In this document: positions 28,863 to 41,299 of the stretch, piece after piece
Layout of the letters: every line of letters starts with the position of its first letter
How positions within the stretch are numbered: position 1 is the stretch's first letter
Source of the DNA: the human T2T-CHM13v2.0 reference genome, Homo sapiens
DNA length: 64,000 bases
Reading direction: 5' to 3' (one strand)
Assembly (NCBI RefSeq): GCF_009914755.1
Contig: NC_060931.1
Translations under genes and position numbers: made by a program
Notes under the pieces: model-generated
Databases searched by the model: none
Told to the model about the DNA's origin: nothing
The model's input: the letters and a program-made list of their open reading frames with translations, nothing else

Positions 28863-29819
28863 CAGCCAGAGGCAAGAAAAAGCTAAGCTCAAGCCCAGGA
28901 CATATAAGTATAGTGGAGCTCCAATGAAAATTTAATTCTCATGGATGTCAGCTCCACCATGGTCAGGATCTTCATTATAAAGAAGTGAATCCTGGAATCA
29001 AGACGTCTGAAATGAGACACTTGATAAACTTGAAACTCAGACTTCTCTGAACTTTGTGGGCCTACAAAAGTGGCCTATTCCTCCCTGTTAAGAACTAGTG
29101 CTACCTACTGGCTTGAAGACAATCCCTTGCAATTTTACTTTCAGGTCATTCAGGATGAACCTCCAACTCCTCTCCTGGATATCAGACCAATAACTAGGAT
29201 CAAGTCAAAATATAACCCAACTGACAAAGAGCTGATTCTATGGGGGAAGGAGAGCTGTGCACCAAAGAAGCTGCAAAACCTAGCTAGAGTGTACCAGCAG
29301 AAGCTGGGAGAGTACATATGGGACTAAATCCTGAGGGTGTCCAGGTTGAGGGATCTAGAGTTCTGGAACATAAAATTAATAAGGAAGAATTTATCAATAT
29401 GAATATTGATTAATACCCTAGCACAAACCACAAGAAACAGTGTTAACATATTCCTGGAATCTTGGAAAAATGAAAAGGCCACACCAAATGAAGAATTATA
29501 GAATTCTCATAGCAAATGGTCAAGAAGGGATCAAACAGCTCACAAAAATGAGATTCTAGAGTAAATACACCATATAAGGGTAGAATACTCACCTCCAAGC
29601 TGTGTTCCACAGGAGGACCCACAGAAACTGCACTTACTAAATCAATAAGAAATTCATTGGTGAGAGTGGCATCACCATTGAGAACCTCAGTGGTAGCTGT
29701 TTTCTGTAGGCCAGGGCTGATAGTAGGAGGGGTCATTATAGAAACTGGGCACAATGATTGCAATGGTGATATTAAGATGCTAGAATGAGAGAAGCCGTGC
29801 ACTTAAGAGTCATAAATAA

Positions 29820-29880
29820 CGCCTGTAAATCCCAGTACTTTGGGAGGCCAAGGCAGGTGGATCACGAGGTCAGGAGATCA
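29820..29880 (+). mobile_element. Tailless 61-bp Alu left-arm fragment
   Basis: cgcctgtaaatcccagtactttgggagg...tcaggagatca between agtcataaataa direct repeats. Confidence 0.88.
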
Positions 29881-29950
29881 TAATAAATAGTCATAAATAA
29901 GAAACATCATAATGAGAAACATGGTCAGAATAGCAGCTGGAAGTACCTGA

Positions 29951-30311
<361 letters not shown>

Positions 30312-31654
30312 TTAGCATATTTCATAATTTATACAACCAAAAAGTAACTCAAAGATTCATGCTCTAAAGTTTTAGGGCAGCCACTCCAATAAAAAGCCAT
30401 AATCCCATGCCCAGTACCCACAGCTGAGATAATTTGCAGACCAAGAGCTCATTAACTGAAGGAGCAACTTCCTCGTGAGGAAGAAAAATACCTTTCAACA
30501 TCACAGCCTGTGTATATGGCAGTAATTGCCCCAGTGTTTCTTTCTTTCTCCAAGGGAATCATAGGCCATTTAATTCTATAAGTGATCAGTGTAAAGGGCA
30601 ATACCAAACATTTTAAGAACTATTGGACACAGTGCTCAAATTGACATTGATTCCTATGGTCTGAAGCATCACCCTGGCCTCAGATTTAGGACTCATGGGA
30701 GCCAGGTAAAATAAACAGAGGCCCAGCCCAAGTCTAGTTCACTATTGGTCTGCTCAGCTCATTTCCCATCTGATGAATATCTCCATAGTGCCCAGATGTA
30801 TAATTATATACGTGCATGTGGATATACTTGATTGTTGGCAAAATCATGTTAACTCCTTGGCCTATGGCAAAGGTCAAATGTACATCTTCAAAACTGCCCC
30901 CTCCATGGAAAAGAGAGTAAATCTAATACAATATCACAATCCGGGGGTAGGTGGTGCATGGCAGAGACTTGTGCTACCTGTAATACACAAAGAATGATGG
31001 TGGTGCCCATTCTAGCCCCATTTAAACTGCAAGTCTTTCCTCTACAAAAAGTAAATGGCTCCTAGTGGATGAGAGGGTGCTACCTCACACTCAACCAAGA
31101 AGTAGCCCAAATTTTAGCTGCTGGGCTGAGTATAGGAATTCTGCTAGAGTTAGCATCAATATCAATATTAATAAAGTTGCTATCGATACCAATACTGCCT
31201 CAGGTAAATGGTATAATTATGGACATTGATTTTGTGAGTGCGTTATTTTTATCCATGTGAAAAATGCATTCACATTCATGGAATAAACAATAATATATAT
31301 TTATGATGTTGCTCAAGTTTGGGATTAATTCTCTCACCTTCTGTCACAATGTAGTCCAAAGGGACCATGATTGGACATAACATCACATTGTTCCATTATA
31401 TCTATGCCATCAAATTAATTGTACAGATGAGCAACAGGTAATAATAAAGTTGGAGGCTTTGTAAGACATACGCACATCAGAAGGTGGGAGATGAATCCTA
31501 CAAAGATTCAGGGGTCTGCCACCTTAGGATATTTCTTATTGTCGTTCCCACAGTTTGGAATATGCTGTATGACATACCCTCTAAAGTAAAGGAAATTTTT
31601 ACTTTGTACTTCCCACCCACTAAGATGGAAACATGACACCTCGTAATCTTACAG

Positions 31655-32018
31655 TGTATTTGTTCATTCTTACACCGCTATGAAGATACTGAGATGGGGT
31701 AATTTATAATGGAAAGAGTTTTATTTGACTCACAGTTCCACATGGCTGGGGAGGTCTCAGGAAACTTATAATCACGGTGGAAGGGGAAGCCAGCACTTCT
31801 TATATGACGGCAGACAAGAGAGAAGTGAACGAAGGAGGAAATTGCCAAACATTTACAAAACTGTCAGATCTCCTGAGAACTCACTCACTATCACAAGAAC
31901 AGCAGGGGGGAAAACTGTCCCCATGATTCAATCACATCCCACCAGGTTCCTCCCTCAACACGTGGGGATTACAATTCAATATGAGATTTGGGTGGGGACA
32001 CAAAGCCAAACTATATCA
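31655..32018 (-). mobile_element. THE1D/MSTA-type solo LTR nested in the ERVL pol
   Basis: tgtatt...gagatttgggtggggacacaaagccaaactatatca; TSD tacag/tacac. Confidence 0.9.
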
Positions 32019-32880
32019 TACACCCATCTATTTACCAGGTGACATAAAAAGCTAACAACTTTGAGCAGGGCTTAGAGCAGGAAAAAGCTCTGTACTAGGT
32101 CTAGACTGTAGAGTAAGCATTCCTACCTCCTGGACCATATGACCCAGCAGGATTCTATACTACTATAAGAATCCATGGCAAAAAAAGAATTGTGAAGTTA
32201 ACGAGAAACCTTCATAAAAGAATGACCATGCAAACCCATAGAGCTTAAAGGTAATGGCAAGTCCATGCAATCTGCAGCAGAAAGCCCTCCACCATTGAAA
32301 ATAAATTTAAAATTTTTTTAAATCCCAGTGTGCTAAAAATAAAGAATTTGATCTTATCATAGAATATTAAGTGACCCTCTGGCCACAGCTACACATCATG
32401 AACATTCTATCAGAACAACTAAATCAAAAGTTGGGTGAAGCCAACAACAACTCATGGTAAAACGGAAGTACATCTGGGATCAGGCCTGAGCCGAGCCAGA
32501 GGGCACACACTAGCTGCATGCTCTGGTGACTCACACCTCCAGGTTTGCACTAACACCTCTCCCTCAACCTAAGGTTACTTTGGGTGTCCCAGCTGACAGA
32601 GGAGGGAAAAGGCTGAGTCTGTTTAATGGGTGAGCTAGCTCAGTATATGGATGCAAACATAAAAAGGACTTTTGCTGCTATAGCTAGGCTGAAAAATCAC
32701 AACTATTTAGTATCTCCCTCCATTAGTCTATTTTGGATTACTTATACTCTAGGCTAGAACCTCTGGTAAGTTCTCTTTGCTACTATACCACAGTTCTATT
32801 TCTGCCCAGTCCTGCTTCTCTCACAGCCTAGATGTTATTACCCCAAACAGACTTCCAGTAAACATCCTGCAAGCAAGTAT

Positions 32881-32936
32881 CTGCCTAAGCACTGTATTTT
32901 CAGAGAAGCTGCCTAAGCACTGTATTTTCAGAGAAG
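32881..32936. repeat. Perfect 28-bp tandem duplication
   Basis: ctgcctaagcactgtattttcagagaag x2. Confidence 0.95.
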
Positions 32937-33490
32937 CTGACTTAAGATACTGTGTGTCTTGAGACGTACACTTAGGAAAAATTTGAGCAAGTTTGTTTTT
33001 TTTCAGTATTGCTACTCAAAATAGCACCAATTTTGCTGTAGAACTCTAAAGTTTCTGAGGTATGTTGGGAAATTGGAATTAAGTAAGCACATGGGATATT
33101 TTCAAAATTTATCAAAGGTCATCATTAAAATGGTACAAAATTTTTTATCACTGATTGTGCCTTTAGAAAATAAGAATCAAATCCAGTTTCTGAGTAGTCT
33201 AATAAAAAAATCAATCGTTTTGTAACATATTTTATAAATTATTTTATATGAATATCTATTTTAAATACCTTAATATTAGTTATTGAAATACAATCACAAT
33301 CTAAACACAGTTGGAATCCTCAATTTATTTTCTATTGGTGATTGTCTAGCACTGTAAATGTTTTAAGCAAAACAAGCACATCTCTATGGCATATAAACCT
33401 TAGCATAGTTGCAGCAGTAAAATTCAGACCTATCAAAATATGTGACATATTACATAAAAATATTCAGCTATGTGAAAAAATGGATATAGT

Positions 33491-33496
33491 TTTATT
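33491..33496 (-). terminator. Candidate polyadenylation signal AATAAA of the cadherin pseudogene
   Basis: AATAAA about 115 nt downstream of the terminal stop, with a second at 33324-33329. The context is AT-rich, so a chance match is possible. Confidence 0.45.
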
Positions 33497-33609
33497 GTTA
33501 AAAGCTGTGATTTTAAAAGACCTTTTCAAAGAAAGCAAGTGACATGAAGATATGGTGACCTTTATGCTGGTTAAAGTCAAGTGTCTTCCATTGGCATCAC
33601 ATTCTTTTC

Positions 33610-33671
33610 TTAATTGTTCAACATCTTGACTTCTCCTGTCTTACTGTCAAATAGTTATTGTATTCCTGTCA
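33610..33671 (-). pseudogene. Exon H coding part: VTGIQ*LFDSKTGEVKMLNN-stop
   Basis: Acceptor tttttgtttttttcttcag, phase 1. Matches CDHR3-type 'VTGxxYxFNSKTG'. Premature TAA (33655-33657) at the Tyr position; terminal TAA at 33610-33612. Confidence 0.88.
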
Positions 33672-34489
33672 CTGAAGAAAAAAACAAAAATTTTTCTAAG
33701 TTATAAAATTTATTAAAACTTAAATATTTATGAAAAGTTGTTAACATGCTTAAAATATTTTAAAACTGTCTTAAAATTTAAATATTTAAAGTTAAATATT
33801 TTTATAAATATAAATTATTTATAAATTAATATAATTAATTATATTAAATTAAAATATTTATAAAATATTTATAACAACTTGAATGTCTGTTAAATATTAG
33901 ACATATAAAGTTCACAAATAAAAAGTAACAAATTAAAATATTTCATAATGCTAATATTTTGGGCAGATAACTTTTATACTTAATTATTAAGTATAAAAGC
34001 AGTATATATGCTTCAAAGAAACCTGATTATGATAAAAACCAGAATCAATCTTTGGCACCACTTTAATCAATAATTAACAATATCACAAATTCTTTATAAT
34101 ATATGAACAAGGAGAGAGGGTGCTTATCACTCTACTCTACTAATGAATTTTCTTGACTCTCCTTCAAGAAATCTGACAAAGTTACCCTGTGCTCTTGAAG
34201 GCATAGCTTACTATTATTTTTTTTTTAGAAACTCTCCTCTCTACTGTCAGTAGCATCTGCTGACTCCATCTCCCAAAACCTTGCAGAATTTTCTCATTCA
34301 AAGATTAGGAAAGAGGTGAAATCTTCAAGATGATGCAAAGCATACACATAGTAGGTGCACATATATGTACACCCAAACAATGTGATGAATCATTAAAAAT
34401 AGCCTAATCCCCGTTCACTCATTCATTCAACATATAGTTATTGAGGACATTCAACATACACAACAATCTCTGAGTAGTTGGGATTTCAA

Positions 34490-34690
34490 AGCTCTGGAGC
34501 CGAACTACTGGAATTTGAATTGTCTCTATATTTACCATCCAGGTAACCTCATTCAAGTTACTAGACTTTGCTCTGTCTCACATCCTTACATGCAAAATGG
34601 TACTGGTAAATATATTACTTATCTCCTAGGATGGAAGTGATCATTAAATGAGTTTATGCATATGCCTGGCAAGTTAAATTTGCTCAATAG
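34490..34690 (+). mobile_element. MIR
   Basis: gctctggagcc..ttgaa...caagttact...catccttacatgcaaaatgg...attaaatgag core. Confidence 0.7.
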
Positions 34691-36927
34691 TTGAGAAATG
34701 TTTGTCAACTTCTGATAGAAGAGAAGCAAAGAACTTGTGTATAGTGCCTCTTGGGTATAATGCAATATGAAAATATATTAATGTAGGAATGGAATTGACA
34801 TTTTGATAAATTTTCCGTGGCATACATGATGTTTCTCTAGGTTTGTTTGGTAGCATGTAATAATAGTAAGATGATATTTTTAATTATACATATTTATATT
34901 CAAAGTATACCATAAATAATAAGGAGCAGATATACTTTATGTGCTTTATTTTGTTTTATTTACATTTTATTTCTAAACTCAGCCAATGAAATGTTTCTCT
35001 TCATCTACATAACCAACTGTTTGATGTTTTACTTCAGCTATCTTTCCACTCAAGGAACAAACAACTCACTCTTCCTATTGGCTCCCTCACCCTCATCCTT
35101 ATCTATTAGCTCCTGCTTCACTTATTTTATCTGTACCTTTTAGAGTTCCTCTCACTTGTACCTTCTGATGGGTTCCACCTATGCCAATCATAAACCTATC
35201 ATCAGCACTTGAAAAAGAAGGACATTAAGAGAGTCAATCCCTCTGCATAGTGCAGTGTTTCTCAAGCCTGCTTGCATATTAGAGTCACCTGAGGGGAAAA
35301 TGGTCTTTTTAACACATCCCACCCCTAGTCAATAAATACTTCTGTTAGTAGTACACAGGCATCAGTATTTCTTAATAACACACATACATCCTATTTACAT
35401 ATGAGGAAACTGACGTTCAGACAGACTAAATGGATTCCCTATGACTGTGTAGAAATTAAAGGATGAGCTGTGACTCCAATTGAGCTCTATCTTATTCTCA
35501 AACACTAATTGTTACCTCTACATGTTTATGCCTAAAACAAACCTTATCTATTGTTTACTTCATCTATGGTTCCAGTAAAAGTTTCCCCTTAGCTTATTAT
35601 ACACACATGTGCACACACTCACACATGTACGTGTGAGAGATACCACATCTCTGCTCTACTCTAGAGCAAAAAATATTTTTATAACTATTGCTTAAAATTA
35701 TATTGTGTCATCCTGCACTCCCATATCTTCCTTCCCTTTTGCTAGAAACCCTCTGGAAAGGACAACTTACACCTGATTACTTATTTCCGTTAAGTCATTA
35801 ATCCCTTGTACCATGATATTTACCTTCTTAAAGGTTACTAGCAAGCTCTTAAATGGCAAATCCTCTCTTAAATAAACATACTTTGAGTGCCTAGTATTTG
35901 CTTTGCACTGGAGATAAACATTCAATTAATATCTCTTACTGTCTTCCAAGAAGTTTACAGTAAGAACGACAAAGAGGCCAATGATATTATATATGGCGAT
36001 AAGTGTTTGAGGAGTACAGTGGAGAGATGCCCATTCAAGTAAGCTTATAAAGGGGATGTGATGTCTGAGGTACCTTGCTTTGCAAGTAGAAGTTAGCTAT
36101 TTAAAGAAGAGTGAAAGAGGTCGGAAACGATATAAAGAGAATATGTGCAATAAAGTCCTATGCAAAAGAATAAAGGCATGGCATTGTGACAAGCTTTGTA
36201 AGCTACAAATCGTGCTATATTCCCAGGATTAATATATCTGGGATTGTATAGGTCTTAGGGATAATAAAGAACATGCTTGTTTTCATCAACTAAGAATTTG
36301 GAATTTGGGCAATGGGAAGTTGGCCCAACTATTTATTTTCTTAAAAACTGGAATATTACCTTCCTCCTCATGGTTTCATGAGTATTACATGTTAGTGTGC
36401 TTTTTGCTCACTGGCACTTAGTACCTACTCACACAGTGTGGCTCATAAATATTTTGTGTCATTATACAGTGGCAGTGTAGGCACTATTTGAAGCTTTTTA
36501 AGAAAATGTGGAACAGAAACCCTGAGGTCAATTAGGAGCCTACTGCCGTGGCAGGCAAAAGTGATTAATTAAGGCTATTCAAGTGGTAATGGAGATTAAT
36601 GGGAGATAACAGAATGCAGTTAAATCTACTTAAGAGGGGGTTTGTGAACTTTCAGAATATAGTTTCAAGGAAAATATTTCAAGAATTTATGAATTATTGT
36701 GATTAAGAAAAATTAAATAGTGGATTTTTGAATAGTAGAACAACTTATTAGACTTTTAAACAAAAGTATTTATAATTCCTTTAATTAGGCATCTTTCATT
36801 AACTAAAACTGAACAATACATTAATTAATCACACCATAATTCTTCTCTCAGCATGGTGAAACTTTTTCCACACTTTGGAAATACTTTTTTAGACATAAGA
36901 ACATTGATATTATAATGTGCTTCTTAC

Positions 36928-36964
36928 CAGGGTCAATTCTGCATCCATCATGAACTATTCATGG
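36928..36964 (-). pseudogene. Exon G (37 nt): P*IVHDGCRIDP
   Basis: Acceptor tatttcctctag, donor CTG|gtaaga. Matches the CDHR3-type 'FDGxAIDP' segment. In-frame TGA at 36959-36961; phase 0 to phase 1. Confidence 0.82.
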
Positions 36965-39042
36965 CTAGAGGAAATACTTTACAATTATTATTCCATTTTA
37001 AATTTGTATTCCTATATAGAGAGGCTGACATTATCAATGACCTTATAATTCCTAATAGGATTACCACTTTGATATTCACAGGCTCACTATACTAGAATTA
37101 TTTACAAAACAAGAAATCTGACAACTGAATCAAATGATTGTCTTGTTTACTCCTATTACTCATGTTTTAAGTAAATACACTTACAACATAGAGGATGCTT
37201 CCTTATAGTTTCATAGCAATTTACTTGTTGATATTAAAGCTTTACCCAGGCCATATCCAAGACACTCGTCACTATTATACCATGTCTCCAGGGCAGCTAA
37301 GAAACATGTGCACTGTTACATTTTTATTGGCTCCATAACAATAGATTTAGAGAAATCAGGCTTGGGCCACATCTCTCCTAAATTGTAGGTCATTGCAGAT
37401 ATGGATAAGGTCATTTCAATGAAATGTTGGAGCATAACCCCCTTTGGAGTGAGTTGAATAGATATTAGAAGGCAAAACAAATTGTATATAGCTAGTCTAG
37501 AAAACTCTTTTAAAGGGTATTTACTATGAAAATAACAGAAATGGGTTGGTTGCTGAAGGAAGGAAGGGGGTAGAGAAGGTATTTTGAAAGTAGAATATTT
37601 TAAGTCATGTCAGACAATGTGAATAATCCAGTAGAGAGAGTAGAATTTTCCATGAGAAGACCAGAGAGATGGGTGTCCAAAGCATAACCGGAGAGAACAA
37701 CCTTAGAAAGGAGCAAGGAGTCTTCTGGAATGAGAAAGGTCAGGCTTTGTAGTACTGATGCAGACATGTTTGTAGAGTTGGTTTTAGGAGTCAGGGAGAG
37801 TTTGTGAAGCCAATTGTGTCTTTTTTGTTTAGGAAATGTGAGGAGATACCACAGATAAGAGTGAGAAGAGATGGAAGCATTAGAAAACTGTGATACTGTT
37901 TTTACTGTAAGGGGTAAAGTGAATTTATGAAGGACCTAAGGTTAGGTGTGTCTGTATTGAGCTGCCATTTGAAGGAATGGTCATCAATCCGAAATGAGTT
38001 CAGAGGGCATACTATGTTATTTTCAACAGGAACACACTGCTGCTTAGGTGCAGTCATAGAGCAGACTGCACCTAGTTGGATTTCATCACGATTGAGATTT
38101 TTTTCCTTAAGTTTTAAGGAGGCTGTTGGGACAAAGGAGTTAAGAGTTTGCAAAGACAGTAATTGTGCTGGACAATGGAATCCAAACCATATAAGAAAAG
38201 TGACACATGAAAGAAGTAATGGATAAAGAAAAAGTAATAGGGTCATCAGCTTAGACCCTTAAATAAGCATATAAATATTTTGGATTAAGTTGGGTAATGA
38301 TCAGAGAATGGGCTCCTTTGTAATCTAGATTTTTTTGACAGTGTTGCAATTACTGATGATGACAAAGTCTTGAGTGAGACCATGAGAATGGATGTTTGGA
38401 ACAGGGAGAAGGACCAAAGAGTAGGAAGAAAGGAGTTAAAAGAACTGATCAGCCATTATATTGGTTGGTCGTTTTTGTGGAGTTTCAACATGCCAAAAAA
38501 ACATGCCAGGAAAAGTAGTAGCGAAAAAACCCTGTGAACCAGAAATTAAAGTCATTGATGATTTTGAGGATAACAGTGATAGCAATTAATGGCTGTTAAA
38601 ATCTGATGATAGATACCTCAAAAGGCAGCAATTTGTGAAGGAAGAAAGAGACATATTCCGGAAGAGGATGAAATGGGGAATAAGTAAGTCACTTATTCCA
38701 TCTTTAAACTCTATGATATTGGGATGTGTATGCAAGTATGAACACCTCCACAGCAGTGTTCTTCAAGGTAAAAAAATCATTAGTGCAGGAGGTGAAAGGA
38801 ATAGTATGGTGGGAAACACATATACAAGCATATGTATGTACATATATATGTATGTGCATAATGTATATTAATATGGTGCGATAAATGCAATTATGAAGCA
38901 TGTATGGGTTTCTCTAGATATATCTAACTTGGTCCAGGTGTGAGATTGGAGAGGGTGGCAGTATAGATATCTGAATTTAGTTCCAAAATATGACAACGGC
39001 AAAGAAGGAGAGACAGCTGGGTGAGGTGAAAGGGAAGCTTGC

Positions 39043-39116
39043 TTGTAAAAAGTCTGGGAGTTTGTACACGGTGCTTAATGCCAGGACTGTGAAACCTCTT
39101 TCCCACTGTTCTCCAT
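39043..39116 (-). pseudogene. Exon F (74 nt): cytoplasmic exon, probable 1-nt deletion, GC donor
   Basis: Acceptor tgtctttttctag. Reads MENSGKEVS/VLALSTVYKLPDFLQ, then CAA|gcaagc. A length of 75 nt would keep phase 0 to phase 0. Confidence 0.55.
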
Positions 39117-40070
39117 CTAGAAAAAGACATATATTCTTCATGTGACCCTCCATACTAATTCTCCAAGTTTCCTCTGACTGGTTTAGCTCACTTGTTGTTC
39201 TCTGAATTCCTACAGGGTGTATTACATGCTGGCATGCACAGTTATCAGGAATTAATAAACTACCACACATAATTCCCTACAATATTTTTCATATCTTTTC
39301 ACAACTAAAATATCAGTTCTTGAAGAGTGAAGACCATATTTTGTACTTCTCTAAATTTCTTAAGTAATCCATAGATAACTCTGTAGAGCTCTACAGTTGT
39401 GTTGCATAAATACCTGTTGAATTAACCTTATAGATCAAATTGGGTACAAATTATTTTGATATTAACTGGAAAATATTTTACCAACACAAAGACATTGAGT
39501 CAAATATAATTTTATGTAAAAACTAATTCTGTAATTGAGCAAAACTATGTGGTTTGGGGTTAATTCAAAAGAAATATATGTTAAATGAATGTTTCAGTGA
39601 GAGAAATCCCATAAGACAATTTGGCATACAGTCAATATTTGTTAAATATCTGAGTGTTATAAGGATGAATGGGCATCATAGGTATCCTTAGCTACACCTC
39701 TACTAGATTATCTATGTAATTTAATTTCACCTAATATTTTTCAGACTTCAATAGGGAGAAATACAGAACAATAGAAAATTGAATGCCATCTCACTAATAT
39801 ACACCATCAATTGAGTCTCCTACTGATATATCAACATTACTATATTATTTCCCCCATCACTGATGTCACCAATGTCAATCACTTAAAATTGAATTCGCTC
39901 TTTCTTTCTTAATTTCCACCTCAACAGAAATGTCTAAATTCTCTCATTTTTGTTTAAGAGTTACCATTCAGTATGACATATTTGCAAGTGCTTGTTTATT
40001 GTCTGGACACTATGAAAAATAAGAGTAGCTATTGTAATAGCTATGACATGTTTTTTCTCTTTGTCCTTAC

Positions 40071-40134
40071 CTGATGATTTCCAGGCAGCAAGTTTGGTCT
40101 CATGTTTGGTTTGGGATCACTACTCAATAAGTTT
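40071..40134 (-). pseudogene. Exon E (64 nt): cytoplasmic exon
   Basis: Acceptor ttttttttatgggcatag, donor CAG|gtaagg. Open from a phase-2 entry (R-NLLSSDPKPNMRPNLLPGNHQ) with a phase-0 exit; a phase-0 entry hits TAG. Confidence 0.68.
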
Positions 40135-40744
40135 CTATGCCCATAAAAAAAATTAAGACATACTGGAAGTATTTATTTTATCCTTTAATACAAATAATAT
40201 ATTTTAGTGCTTTTCTGCATAAATCCTAAATAATTTAACAGTTTAGATTTTTTATAAAGAAGTAGGTAAGCAAATACTACATAATGCTATATTTAAATAG
40301 CCCTTACATTAACTGTTGATAAACTTCTATATATAATAAATCAATCATTTTGTGTTCTTAGGTTCAAAATTAATAATTCCAGTTAATATCTTTTCTAGAT
40401 AGAGATAATGGATCTTGATGCTGCTCTGAGTAATAAATTTATATATTTCATCTTAGATTCTTGAAAAACAAACTGTATTTGTTCTAATTTCTGTGGCATT
40501 TATCACCCCTAATCATTATATAAATAACTTCACTTGAAAATAGTAACAACCTTGTAGAATTGGCAGAATACCAGTAGCAGATCCCAGTGTTCATCTATAA
40601 ATCTGATTTTGCTCTCTGCTATTTCCCCATGCCTAGAAGAATATTATGTAGTCAATAGATATTGTTGAATGAACATAGAGTCATTTTTGAAAATTCCTCT
40701 GTTAAAGAATTTAGGAGCAAAATTTAAACTTCTAAAATGCTAAT

Positions 40745-41101
40745 TGCTGTGATCTGAATGTCTGTGTGCCCTATAATTGATATGTTTAAATTGACCCCTA
40801 AGGTAATGACATTAGGAACTGGGGCTGTTTGAGAGATACGTCATGAGGGCAGAGCCCCTGTGAATGGAATTAGTGTCCCTTACAAAAGAGGTCCCTGAGA
40901 AACCTCTCACCCCTTCAGCATGTGAGGTTGTAGTGAGAAGGCTCTGTCTAAGAGGAAGCGGGCCCTCACCAGACACCAGATCTGCTCCTACCTTGACGTT
41001 GGACTTCCCAGCCTCTGGAACCGTAAAAAATAAATGTTTTCTGCTTATAAACCACCTATCTTATGGTATTTTTGTTATGGCAGCCAGAATGGACTAAGGT
41101 A
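40745..41101 (+). mobile_element. MLT1A0-like MaLR solo LTR
   Basis: tcatgagggcagagccc...ttggacttcccagcctc...ttgttatggcagcc..gactaag. Confidence 0.88.
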
Positions 41102-41205
41102 CCAACCACTATTTTGTGGTTCTCTATGTGAAAATTAATAAAGCATTAAGGAACTCATCTTACTGCCTAAAATTTCTTTCTTTAAAGCATCGACTCTGCT
41201 TTTAC

Positions 41206-41299
41206 CTTGGTACCAGTCCAGGCCCTTTGGTCGTGAGACTTGGTTGGCTCTGGTGATGTTTGTGACACTGGGGAAATAATCTTGAAAAAAATGGGAGAA
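41206..41299 (-). pseudogene. Exon D (94 nt): juxtamembrane cytoplasmic exon, probable +1 slip in a T7 run
   Basis: Strong acceptor ttttttgttcttttactgtag, donor AAG|gtaaaa. Removing one T gives DSPIFSRLFPQCHKHHQSQPSLTTKGPGLVP and a phase-2 exit that matches exon E. Confidence 0.72.
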
